The translations under genes and the position numbers were made by a program. Below, piece by piece: positions 21,740 to 30,349 of a stretch of 32,000 bases of DNA. Every line of letters begins with the position of its first letter. Within the stretch, counting starts at the first letter, position 1. The notes beneath the pieces are model-generated. The model searched no databases and was not told the origin of the DNA. It saw only the letters and a program-made list of their open reading frames with translations. The DNA is taken from assembly GCF_000016745.1 (NCBI RefSeq), contig NC_009483.1:4080001-4112000 (forward strand), read 5' to 3'. This DNA comes from Geotalea uraniireducens Rf4. GTDB taxonomy: Bacteria; Desulfobacterota; Desulfuromonadia; Geobacterales; Geobacteraceae.

Positions 21740-22906
21740 TTAGCAGGCTACCACGGCCTGGACGATTTTTTGGGCTGCGTCGGCCATGCCGTCGGCGGCA
21801 ACGATGTTGAGACCGCTTTCTGCCAGGATCTCCTTGCCCCTGGCTACGTTGGTTCCTTCCAATCGTACCACCAGCGGTACGTTGAGGGAAACCTGCTTGG
21901 CGGCTTCGACGACGCCGGTGGCGATGATGTCGCATTTCATGATGCCGCCGAAGATGTTGACCAGTATCCCTTGCACGTTTTTGTCGGAGAGGATGATCTT
22001 GAAGGCTTCGGTGACGCGCTCGATGGTGGCTCCGCCCCCGACGTCGAGAAAGTTGGCCGGATCGCCGCCGTAATGCTTGATGATGTCCATGGTGGCCATG
22101 GCCAGGCCGGCGCCGTTGACCAGGCAACCGATGTTGCCGGTGAGGGAGATGTAGGAGAGGTCATGCTGTGAGGCTTCGACTTCGTTGGGGTCTTCTTCGT
22201 CGTAGTCTCGCATGTCGCCGAGCTTGGGGTGACGGAATACGGCGTTGTCGTCGAATCCGAATTTGGCGTCCAGTGCGAGCAGCTCGTCCTCGGCGGTGAT
22301 CACCAGGGGGTTGATCTCCAGCATGGAGCAGTCGCAGGCGATAAAGGTCTTGTAGAGACCTTGAAGCACTGAGACGGCCTTGTTCACCAGTTTTCCGCCC
22401 AGTCCCAGGCTGAAGGCGATCTTGCGGCATTGGAATGCGGTCAGGCCGACCAGGGGATCTACTGTTTCGGTGAAGATCTTCTCGGGGGTTTGGGCGGCAA
22501 CTTCTTCGATGTCCATGCCGCCTTCGGTGGAGGCCATGACGGTTACCCTGGAGCTGCCACGGTCGACCACCAGGCTGACGTACAGTTCATTGGCGATGTT
22601 GCAGCCGTTTTCCACCAGCACCCGGGTGACGACCTTTCCTTCGGGGCCGGTCTGGTGGGTACGCAGGGTCATGCCGAGCATGTCTCGGGCTATTTTGCGC
22701 ACTTCGTCGGCAGTACGGGCCAGTTTGACGCCGCCCCCCTTGCCGCGTCCGCCGGCGTGGATCTGGGCCTTGACCACCCAGGGACCTTCGCCCAGGCGCT
22801 TGGCCCATTCGCGGGCGCTGGCGCCGTTGTAACAGACGTGCCCGTCGGGAACTGGGACACCAAACTCTCTCAAAATTGCTTTTGCCTGGTACTCGTGAAT
22901 GTTCAT
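21740..22906 (-). CDS. sucC: Succinyl-CoA synthetase beta subunit
   Basis: 388 aa. It starts [20 protein letters not shown] and has an ATP-grasp fold. A 12-nt gap with aaggagagag precedes sucD. Confidence 0.95.
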   Translation of the reverse strand: MNIHEYQAKAILREFGVPVPDGHVCYNGASAREWAKRLGEGPWVVKAQIHAGGRGKGGGVKLARTADEVRKIARDMLGMTLRTHQTGPEGKVVTRVLVENGCNIANELYVSLVVDRGSSRVTVMASTEGGMDIEEVAAQTPEKIFTETVDPLVGLTAFQCRKIAFSLGLGGKLVNKAVSVLQGLYKTFIACDCSMLEINPLVITAEDELLALDAKFGFDDNAVFRHPKLGDMRDYDEEDPNEVEASQHDLSYISLTGNIGCLVNGAGLAMATMDIIKHYGGDPANFLDVGGGATIERVTEAFKIILSDKNVQGILVNIFGGIMKCDIIATGVVEAAKQVSLNVPLVVRLEGTNVARGKEILAESGLNIVAADGMADAAQKIVQAVVAC

Positions 22907-23073
22907 GGTTTCTCCTTGTTGAAATGCTTTTTCTGAAGCGGCCTAACCCTAAGCCGGACAAGCCGGAATCCCAATATCTGTCTTGCTTGAACACTTTGCT
23001 CACATATTGTAACGACTCAAGTCGTAAGAGACTGATAAACGGGATAAGTGCGTTAACGAAATTATTTTCGCGG

Positions 23074-25962
23074 CTACAACACGGCGTTGAGGTACTCGGT
23101 CGTCCGTGTGCGTGTTTGACGCTCAACCTCGATGGGGTCCACATCCACGAAGATCTCGTCCGGCGTGATCTTGAAGAGCGGTTGCCCCTTCTGGACGATG
23201 GTGCCGTCGCCCCCCTGCATGATGACCTTGTCGATGGTTCCGGAAAAGGGGGCGCAGATCTTGTTGAACATCTTCATGACCTCGATGATATAGAGCGGCT
23301 GCCCCTTTTCAAAATGCATCCCTTCGGTGACAAACGGAGGCATACCCGGAGCTTCCTGGCTGTAGTACATGCCGCCGCAGGCAGCAACGATCTCGTCGGC
23401 CCTGGTTGCCGGTGGCGGTACCAGCACCTTCTTCATCCGCGCCTGCAGGTCGGGGTCGGTAAGGTAGTCGGGAATGGTTATCTCCAGATCTTCCTCGACA
23501 CGCAGCTCCCAGAATTTCACGTTTTCACCAATCAGGAACAGCATGCCGAGCAGTTCGAGACCGGCTTCGTAGCCAAAGTGGGCGGAGCGTATCTGCCCCC
23601 AGGTATCCTCGTCGAATCCCCCCTGTGGCTCCTCCTGCTTCAGTATGTCGTTGAGCTTGAAGTACTCGTCCCGGGCAAGCCCGAAATGTTCACGCAGGGT
23701 GCGATAGAAGTCGAGCGATTCCTGGAGCAGTTCATTGTCGTGGTCCCAAATATTGTCCGCTGCGGGCTTGTGGGGACGATACGACATGTGCAGGAATTCG
23801 TATGTTTCGCTCAGAACCCCCAGTGGATTTCTCAGCCAGACGATCTTGCCCTTTTCGAGGCGGAAGTTTTTGGTGTTCATGCTCAGCCAGCCAGAGAGCA
23901 GGTGCGGGTTGCCCAGCAGTCGCTCCATGGGTCGGGTAATCAGAATTCCCTTGCGGTCAAGCACTTGGGACATGCGCCTTGCAGCCTGGGGATTGGAAGG
24001 AAAAGCCGCTTCAATGCGCTTGGCATACTGTTTCTTCATCTGCACGAATGCAAATAGCGGATCCAGCTTGTTGGCCTCCTCCTTGAGGGTCCCCACCAGT
24101 GTCAGGTAGGGAACGACAAAGCGGGTGGTCGGCTTGGCATTTACGTTGCGGCCCAGGAACCAGTTGACCAGGCCGAAGTGGAATTCGAGATTGGTCGCCA
24201 GGTTGTCACCGTTGATGGTGGTGCTGCGAATGACCTCGGCCAGCCGCTCGTAGCTTTCCAGGCGGTCATTGCCGGTGGTCAGCAGCAGGGCGATATTGGA
24301 GTCGTACGCGCCGGCCACGTTGTATTTCATGAACTGGCAGGTGTCGGGATTCAACATGCTGATTCCCTGGTCATCACGGACCTCGCCCTGAATCGGCTTT
24401 GACCAGTAGCGGATCACGCCGCCGGCATTGGGGGAGAGTGAGGCATCGGTTGCGTTCAGACGCGCCTCGACGGAGGCGTTGAAGCGTACGATCCGCTCCG
24501 GCCTGGGAAGGCGCTTCTTGTGCCGTGCCAAGAGCGCCATTGCTTCCACCAGGGATTCGACAACGAAGAAGTCATCGGGATCTTCCGGATTGGTGAACTT
24601 CAGGCTGTAGCAGAGTTCGGTGACCCGGTGTTCCACCTGGATCCGGGTGTTCACCTCCATGAAGAAGTGACGGTCGCGGTCGACGATACACTCGAAGGTG
24701 GAGGCGGAATCGAGACCTACCGCCTTGCCGAAGCGCTCCGACTCCTCTTCCATATGTTGCAGTACCTTCAGGTCGCTCTCAAGGGCCTTGACCTCAGCCT
24801 GTTTACCTGCCGCCCCGGCTGTGGCAATGGCGGCCAGCAGCCCCTCATGGGTGACGGATACCTCCAGCAGCTTCTGCTCATGCATCTGGAGTGAACAGTC
24901 GCGCCCTCCCAAAGCGATACACCAGTCGCCGTTACCCAACAATTGAATCTCGTTGTGGCGGGTCTGCTCGATGTTCAGTTCCACGAGGACATTTTTGTTG
25001 TCACCGACGCCATTGGCCTTGACCTCGTTGAGTATCTCGCGGACAAGGCCCGGGGCCTCGGAGGCTGCCTGTTGGATGGTCGTGTCATCCAGCTTTTTGG
25101 CCGTCAGCAGGGCTGCGCCGAGGATACGCTGCCCCTTGCCGCCACCGCCGCCGATCGCCTTGAGACGGACCCGGCTGCGGGGATATTTTGTAAACATGGC
25201 GGCCACTTCCTGCTGAACCTGCGCGCAGAGCTCCTCCACCGAAAACAGATCGATCCCCTTGGCATAGGATGCGTACAAGATATGGTCAGCCAGATCCTCC
25301 AGGGAGATTATCTGATCCTTGCGAAGCTTCGGGTCACAGTCGAGCCCCTCCGCCTTCACCAGTGCCAGAAGCTTCTCCCGGCTCGGGTGTTTTTTTGCCA
25401 GGGTGCGGGCCGTGACATTGTCAATACCGGGGGTGACGCTGACGTCGACATTGAGGGCGGTCCGTTTGGCTTCGTCCTTCTTGCCGGCACCGTCCTGGGT
25501 GGCCGAACATGGGCCGATAAAGGTGAGCCCCGCCTTTTCGATGGCGTCCACGAACTCACCATCCTCGGCCATGAAACCGTAGCCGGCGAAGATGGAATCG
25601 TAACCGTTATCCTTGGCGATGCGGATGATCTGGTTGATGCGCTCGACACGCTCCTCCTTGCTGGCGCCGGTATAGTCGGGTACGCGGTGGACGCGCCGCG
25701 AGTCGGTAAGTGAACGCAACTCGGGCGCCAGTGCCCGCGGGTAGGCAATGGAATCCTTTTCGGACACAAGTATCCCGAAATGGCTGATTCCCATCTCGGC
25801 ATAGACATCCATGGCCTCTTTACGGATCGGTCCGCGACAGACGATGAGCGGCTTCAGATCCTCGCAGGCAAAGGAGCGTACCCACGCGGAGGGCGATTGG
25901 CCGAGGCGGCGCCCCCTGTGGATCAGGGGATTGTTCTGGTAGTAATCAGCGGCTTGCGTCAT
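23074..25962 (-). CDS. Long biotin carboxylase / biotin carboxyl carrier fusion (acyl-CoA carboxylase alpha-type subunit)
   Basis: BC motifs present: LIVCRGPIRKEA, GYGFMAEDGEFVDAIEKAGLTFIGP, GGGGGKGQRI and MEVNTRIQVEHRVTE. The C-terminal biotinyl domain is GQPLYIIEVMKMFNKICAPFSGTI, with the Lys codon at 23272-23274. I prefer ATG 25962 (RBS ggagagag). The track start at 26004 lies inside the repeat element. Confidence 0.85.
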   Translation of the reverse strand: MTQAADYYQNNPLIHRGRRLGQSPSAWVRSFACEDLKPLIVCRGPIRKEAMDVYAEMGISHFGILVSEKDSIAYPRALAPELRSLTDSRRVHRVPDYTGASKEERVERINQIIRIAKDNGYDSIFAGYGFMAEDGEFVDAIEKAGLTFIGPCSATQDGAGKKDEAKRTALNVDVSVTPGIDNVTARTLAKKHPSREKLLALVKAEGLDCDPKLRKDQIISLEDLADHILYASYAKGIDLFSVEELCAQVQQEVAAMFTKYPRSRVRLKAIGGGGGKGQRILGAALLTAKKLDDTTIQQAASEAPGLVREILNEVKANGVGDNKNVLVELNIEQTRHNEIQLLGNGDWCIALGGRDCSLQMHEQKLLEVSVTHEGLLAAIATAGAAGKQAEVKALESDLKVLQHMEEESERFGKAVGLDSASTFECIVDRDRHFFMEVNTRIQVEHRVTELCYSLKFTNPEDPDDFFVVESLVEAMALLARHKKRLPRPERIVRFNASVEARLNATDASLSPNAGGVIRYWSKPIQGEVRDDQGISMLNPDTCQFMKYNVAGAYDSNIALLLTTGNDRLESYERLAEVIRSTTINGDNLATNLEFHFGLVNWFLGRNVNAKPTTRFVVPYLTLVGTLKEEANKLDPLFAFVQMKKQYAKRIEAAFPSNPQAARRMSQVLDRKGILITRPMERLLGNPHLLSGWLSMNTKNFRLEKGKIVWLRNPLGVLSETYEFLHMSYRPHKPAADNIWDHDNELLQESLDFYRTLREHFGLARDEYFKLNDILKQEEPQGGFDEDTWGQIRSAHFGYEAGLELLGMLFLIGENVKFWELRVEEDLEITIPDYLTDPDLQARMKKVLVPPPATRADEIVAACGGMYYSQEAPGMPPFVTEGMHFEKGQPLYIIEVMKMFNKICAPFSGTIDKVIMQGGDGTIVQKGQPLFKITPDEIFVDVDPIEVERQTRTRTTEYLNAVL

Positions 25963-26001
25963 TGGTTTCTCTCTCCAATTGGTTATCTGATTTTCGAGCT
26001 T

Positions 26002-26085
26002 CATAACCCCTCCCGACCTCCCCTTACCTTAAGGGGAGGAGGAATGCTCCCCCTCTTAGGATAAGAGAGGGGTGGGGGGAGTTAA
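26002..26085. repeat. About 90-nt double-hairpin intergenic repeat, copy 2 (inverted relative to copy 1)
   Basis: It begins cataacccctcccgacctccccttaccttaaggggaggag. That is the reverse complement of the last 41 nt of copy 1, with one mismatch. The distal hairpin ccccctcttagg/cctaagaggggg also matches. Confidence 0.7.
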
Positions 26086-26088
26086 GAA

Positions 26089-27813
26089 TCAATAAAACTC
26101 ACGATGCACGGCTTGTAACGGTCCAGCCTTGTAATGCCTGAGGAAGAAATTCATATTCTCCCCCAGAACCTTGCGCAAATCGGTAGGCATGACCAGGGAG
26201 GAGATCGACCCGAGGCTTAGAGCCTCCCTGGGATTCATCAACTCCTTTTCATAGCGTAGATTAAGAGCGCTTTCCTGACTCTTCAGCCACTCGGCGGCCT
26301 CCATTTCCGCATCGTTTCTGGCAGCGTCTTCAGCGGCACCCGCCTCCAGGCGCTCCCGAATGCCCAGTTTTATGCGTTCGACGACAGCGTTGCGCAGCTT
26401 GCGGAGCTCATCCTTGTAGACGAACTCCTTTCCGGCTGGGCCCATAACCGCCAGACGGGTTGTCGGCAGGGCCAGGACCAGATTGGCGCCGGTCGGGTAG
26501 TTGTTGTAGGAGGCATAGGCCCCGCCGTAGGCATTGCGAAGGATCAGCAGGATGCGGGGGGTCCTGATGTCGACGATGGAGTCAAGCATGGCACGACCGG
26601 CCTGGACGATACCGCGGGCCTCCTGTTCGCGCCCCGGCAGGAAGCCGGTGGTGTCTTCCATGAAGATCATCGGGATGTTGTAAATATTGCAGAAGCGATT
26701 GAAGCGGGCGACCTTGTAGGCCGCATCGCAATCGATCTGACCGGAGTCGACCGCGCTGTTGTTGGCGACAAAGCCTATGACATTGCCACCCAGGCGGCCG
26801 AAGGCGGTAATGACATTCCGGGCGCGATCCCGTTGCATTTCGAAATAATCGCCATGATCGCAGATCTGCTGAATGATGATCGACACATCGAAGGGGGTAT
26901 TGAATCCGGTGGGTGAGTTGAAGGCCTTCTTGAGCAGGGTGTTGATCTCCCACGTCTTCCTGTCGAGGGGATCGCTCGTCTCCTGAAATGGCGCCAGGAC
27001 ACCGTTGTTGTCGGGCAGGTAGTTGAGCAACTGGAGGGCGGTTCTCAGGGCGGCAACCTCGTCCTCGACGGTGAGGTCGGCAACGCCCGACTGGCCATGG
27101 ACCATTGGTCCGCCCAACTCCTCGGGGGTAATGTCCTCACCCAGCACCGACTTGACGACACCGGGACCGGTAAGACCGAAGAAGGTGTCCTTGGGCTGGA
27201 TGACGAAGCTCCCCTGGCGGGGGAGGTAGCTGCCACCGCCGGCATTGAAGCCGAACATGCACATGATGCTGGGGACAACGCCGCTGATCTTGCGCAACGC
27301 GGTGAAAGCCTCTGCATAGCCGTCAAGACCGCCGACGCCGGCCGGCACATAGGCGCCGGCGCTGTCGTTCATGCCGATCAGGGGAATCCCGTTTTCTCCG
27401 GCCATCTCGAACAGGCGGGCCAGCTTTTTGCCGTTGGTGGCATCCATGGAGCCGGCGCGCACGGTAAAGTCGTGTCCGTACACGGCCACATCACGACCGT
27501 TGATGTTGATGATGCCGGTGACCAGCGACGCGCCATCGAGGTTTTTTCCCCAGTTCTGAAACAGGATGTTGGGCTCCTGCTCCGTGAGGACCTTGATCCT
27601 TTCCCAGACGGTCATACGTTTCTTGAAGTGCTGTTTCTCGATCTGATCGATGCTGACCGATTTTATCGGGCGCCGTATCAGGTCGTACCCTTCCTGCATC
27701 GCCTCTTCGTACCCCCCTGTTGCGCGGGAGATCTCGCCAGGGATGTTGAATTCGATCTTACTGGGTGCCTTCAAAGGATTTTTCAGTACGGGTAAAATCG
27801 CTTTCCGGGACAT
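26089..27813 (-). CDS. Acyl-CoA carboxylase carboxyltransferase (beta) subunit family; propionyl-CoA/methylmalonyl-CoA specificity likely from context
   Basis: Two crotonase-like carboxyltransferase halves are present. Motifs: [64 protein letters not shown] and YGGAYASY. I prefer ATG 27813 (aagga about 9 nt upstream) over 27822. Confidence 0.85.
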   Translation of the reverse strand: MSRKAILPVLKNPLKAPSKIEFNIPGEISRATGGYEEAMQEGYDLIRRPIKSVSIDQIEKQHFKKRMTVWERIKVLTEQEPNILFQNWGKNLDGASLVTGIININGRDVAVYGHDFTVRAGSMDATNGKKLARLFEMAGENGIPLIGMNDSAGAYVPAGVGGLDGYAEAFTALRKISGVVPSIMCMFGFNAGGGSYLPRQGSFVIQPKDTFFGLTGPGVVKSVLGEDITPEELGGPMVHGQSGVADLTVEDEVAALRTALQLLNYLPDNNGVLAPFQETSDPLDRKTWEINTLLKKAFNSPTGFNTPFDVSIIIQQICDHGDYFEMQRDRARNVITAFGRLGGNVIGFVANNSAVDSGQIDCDAAYKVARFNRFCNIYNIPMIFMEDTTGFLPGREQEARGIVQAGRAMLDSIVDIRTPRILLILRNAYGGAYASYNNYPTGANLVLALPTTRLAVMGPAGKEFVYKDELRKLRNAVVERIKLGIRERLEAGAAEDAARNDAEMEAAEWLKSQESALNLRYEKELMNPREALSLGSISSLVMPTDLRKVLGENMNFFLRHYKAGPLQAVHREFY

Positions 27814-27846
27814 CTTCACCATCCTTTCGTTACGTGTGATATTTCA

Positions 27847-27875
27847 ACAATAAATGCGGGTGATACGGGGTTGAA
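27847..27875 (-). promoter_or_regulatory. Possible sigma-70 promoter for the carboxylase genes
   Basis: On the minus strand, TTCAAC (27870-27875) is followed by a 17-nt spacer and TATTGT (27847-27852). It lies about 35 nt upstream of the start codon. The match is weak. Confidence 0.25.
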
Positions 27876-27892
27876 TTGGAGTGTTTTCCATG

Positions 27893-28456
27893 CTACCGCA
27901 TGACCACGACCATGACCTTGACTTCGTCGCACGCTGATGAAAGCAGGCGGTGCTTGAGGTTGGCATCGAAATACACACTGTCTCCTTCGTTGAGAACTAT
28001 TCGCTGGTCATCGAGTAATAGTTCGGCAGTGCCTTTCGTGACGAAGAGGAACTCTTCCCCGTTGTGGCTGTAGACATCCGTGTTTGTGACCTTTTCGTTA
28101 AGCGTAAGGAGGAACGGATCCATCCTTTTGTTCTTCTTGCGGACAGACAGGGATTCATAGAAATATCCATGGTTGCTGCCGTCCCGAGAGACAACCCTGG
28201 GAATAACGGTGCGCTCGTTACACCTGAGAACCTCAAAGGGGCATTCTTCTTCTGACTCGATGAAAAAATGGCCGATTCTTACACCAAAAAAATGGGCAAT
28301 TTTATCAAGCGTGGCGATGGGGGGGGAAATGTTGTTGTTTTCGATCTGGGAAAGTAGTGCAGTAGAAAACCCCGTTTCATTGGCCACATCCTGCAGAGTC
28401 AGTTTAATCGCACGACGGAGCTCTTTGATCTTGGCTCCGATATTGTAGTCAGGCAT
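27893..28456 (-). CDS. XRE-family HTH transcriptional regulator with C-terminal cupin sensor domain
   Basis: The HTH_3 region is IGAKIKELRRAIKLTLQDVANETGFSTALLSQIENNNISPPIATLDKIAHFFG. The cupin region is HNGEEFLFVTKGTAELLLDDQRIVLNEGDSVYFDANLKHRL. Confidence 0.8.
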   Translation of the reverse strand: MPDYNIGAKIKELRRAIKLTLQDVANETGFSTALLSQIENNNISPPIATLDKIAHFFGVRIGHFFIESEEECPFEVLRCNERTVIPRVVSRDGSNHGYFYESLSVRKKNKRMDPFLLTLNEKVTNTDVYSHNGEEFLFVTKGTAELLLDDQRIVLNEGDSVYFDANLKHRLLSSACDEVKVMVVVMR

Positions 28457-28570
28457 GCTTACCCCATCAAATCAATCATTTACCGATAACGGGCACCGCA
28501 ATGTCCGTGGACCCCCAGGTGCAAAAATCACGATGATCATTGTTTTACAATCAACCTATTTATCAAAGAT

Positions 28571-28600
28571 AAAATATTTTATTTTAGATAAAAAAGTCAA
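28571..28600 (-). promoter_or_regulatory. Possible sigma-70 promoter of the XRE-cupin regulator
   Basis: On the minus strand, TTGACT (28595-28600) is followed by an 18-nt spacer and TATTTT (28571-28576). The spacer is occupied by one copy of the 16-nt direct repeat. Confidence 0.3.
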
Positions 28601-28643
28601 TCATATTATTTTATTTTTGGTAAATAATTTTATTTTAGATAAA
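28577..28643. promoter_or_regulatory. Two identical 16-nt direct repeats (candidate operator)
   Basis: ttttattttagataaa occurs at 28577-28592 and 28628-28643, 51 nt apart start to start. This is the AT-rich region upstream of the regulator gene. Confidence 0.4.
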
Positions 28644-28757
28644 CAAGGTGGGTGCAATAAGCGAATACCGGATATAATTCAACAGCTTAACAGATGTTAC
28701 CGTTTTTGAAAAAATGAATATTGTTCCGGTGGCTAAACATGTAAAACACTGAAGTAT

Positions 28758-28800
28758 GGCAGGGACTGCCCTGCCCGATTGGGCGAGACAAGCCTCGCCC
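28758..28800. repeat. Pair of GC-rich REP-like hairpins
   Basis: The first is ggcaggg-actg-ccctgcc (28758-28775). The second is gggcgag-acaagc-ctcgccc (28781-28800). Confidence 0.55.
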
Positions 28801-28862
28801 CTACCATTGATATGTTTAACCACCGAAACAATACCTTCGGCTGGTCATCATTGTTGTATGAT

Positions 28863-28893
28863 AAAAAAAGGCCGGGGGATTGTTCCCCCGGCC
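28863..28893 (-). terminator. Strong Rho-independent terminator (minus strand)
   Basis: The minus strand reads ggccggggga-acaa-tcccccggcc followed by seven T. It lies 220 nt downstream of the dehydrogenase stop codon. Confidence 0.75.
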
Positions 28894-29112
28894 ACGAAAG
28901 GTGCACACCTGGCAGTATGTAATTACTGTCCACGGAATTCCCGACAAAATAAGGGCAGAGTAGCCAATGGATATACCGGAACCTGGGTTTGTTCTCGAAC
29001 CACCGGGTAAGGTACATCAGCTAGGCGAAAGCGCTGCCGGCACGATAGGTCTCATAACCCTTGCTGTGAAGTCAAGTCGGATCCCTAAGTCCGACAGACT
29101 CCCGGTGGCTGG

Positions 29113-30228
29113 TCATTTCCGGTAGCTGATCCGGTAGATGGCGCCGGCGTTGTCATCCGAAACGAGCATACTGCCGTCGGGCATGACCTGCAGATCGACC
29201 GGTCGCCCCCTGACCTTGCCGTTACGCAGCCACCCCTCGGCAAAGGTCTCGTAGGAAACGGCCCGGTTCTCCTTGAGACGGACCAGGGTTATCCGGTAAC
29301 CGATGCGCTCGCTGCGGTTCCATGAGCCGTGCTCGGCGATGAAGATCTGGTTGCGGTAACTCTCGGGGAACATGGTGCCGGTATAGAAGCGCATGCCGAG
29401 TGAGGCCACATGGGAGCCCAGCTCCTTCTCCGGTGGGACGATCTGGTCCCGGCTGCGCTTCTCGCCGAATTCAGGATCGGGGATGTTATGCCCGTGCCAG
29501 TAGGGGAAACCGAAATGGAGTCCGGCCCGCGGGGCACGATTGAGCTCGTCAGGCGGCAGGTCGTCCCCCAGCCAGTCGCGGCCGTTGTCGGTGAACCAGA
29601 GTTCCCCGGTCCGGGGATGCCAGTCGAAACCGACCGTATTGCGCACCCCGCCGGCGAATATCTCCAGATGGCTGCCGTCCGGATCCATGCGCATGATCGT
29701 GGCGAAGCGCGGGTCCTTCTCTTCGCAGACGTTGCAGGGGGCCCCCACCGGGACATAGAGCTTGCCGTCCGGACCGAAGCGGATGAACTTCCAGCCGTGG
29801 TGGCTCTTGTCCGGAAAGGAGGCATTGACGGTTACGGGCCGGGGGGGATTTTTCAGCCGCTCTTCGATGTTGTCGTAACGCAGCACCCGGCTGACTTCGG
29901 CCACGTACAGGGAACCGTTGCGGCAGGCCACGCCGTTGGGCATCCGCAGCCCGCTGGCAATGGTGATCACCTCATCGGCTTTGTGGTCGCCATTGCGGTC
30001 GATGACGGCATACACCTTTCCTTCGTCGCGGGTCCCGACAAACAGGGTGCCTTTGGCGCCGAGGGCCATGGAGCGGGCACCCGACACGTTGCCGGCATAG
30101 ACGGCGATGCTGAAGCCCGCCGGCAGTGTGATGTCGGTCGCCAATGGCCGGGCTGCGCTGCAGCCTGAAGCGGCTGCCAGACAGAGCGGCAGTGTCAGCA
30201 GAATCCAGAGGGCCGTGTGAAGACGCAT
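29113..30228 (-). CDS. PQQ-dependent sugar (glucose/sorbosone) dehydrogenase family lipoprotein
   Basis: The lipobox is LTLPLCLAAASGC. Beta-propeller repeats carry GLRMPNGVA, RNTVGFDWHP, LWFTDNGRD and HFGFPYWHG. ATG 30228 is preceded by gggagg. The track start at 30249 is a TTG. Confidence 0.8.
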   Translation of the reverse strand: MRLHTALWILLTLPLCLAAASGCSAARPLATDITLPAGFSIAVYAGNVSGARSMALGAKGTLFVGTRDEGKVYAVIDRNGDHKADEVITIASGLRMPNGVACRNGSLYVAEVSRVLRYDNIEERLKNPPRPVTVNASFPDKSHHGWKFIRFGPDGKLYVPVGAPCNVCEEKDPRFATIMRMDPDGSHLEIFAGGVRNTVGFDWHPRTGELWFTDNGRDWLGDDLPPDELNRAPRAGLHFGFPYWHGHNIPDPEFGEKRSRDQIVPPEKELGSHVASLGMRFYTGTMFPESYRNQIFIAEHGSWNRSERIGYRITLVRLKENRAVSYETFAEGWLRNGKVRGRPVDLQVMPDGSMLVSDDNAGAIYRISYRK

Positions 30229-30349
30229 GGGAACCTCCCGTACTTTCAACGTTCATGCTAATCATTTTATAGGTTGCCCTCGCCACGGGGAAGCCGCAAC
30301 AGCCGATCCCGATATCCATATTTCCCTCCCGCGCCGCACGACGTGCGTA

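Noticed and set aside
20862-22127. 421-aa minus-strand ORF overlapping sucD and sucC in another frame
   Set aside because: The sequence is extremely Arg/His/Gly/Pro-rich and overlaps two genes with textbook sequences. It is a frame artefact. The same reasoning applies to 12848-13876, which overlaps the mutase.
28894-29112. tRNA-like (ggttcgag) or 6S-RNA-like fold in the minus-strand RNA
   Set aside because: The sequence flanking ggttcgag cannot form a T-arm stem. I also could not build the long closing helix and central bubble expected of 6S RNA. I kept the region only as an unclassified candidate sRNA or 3' UTR.
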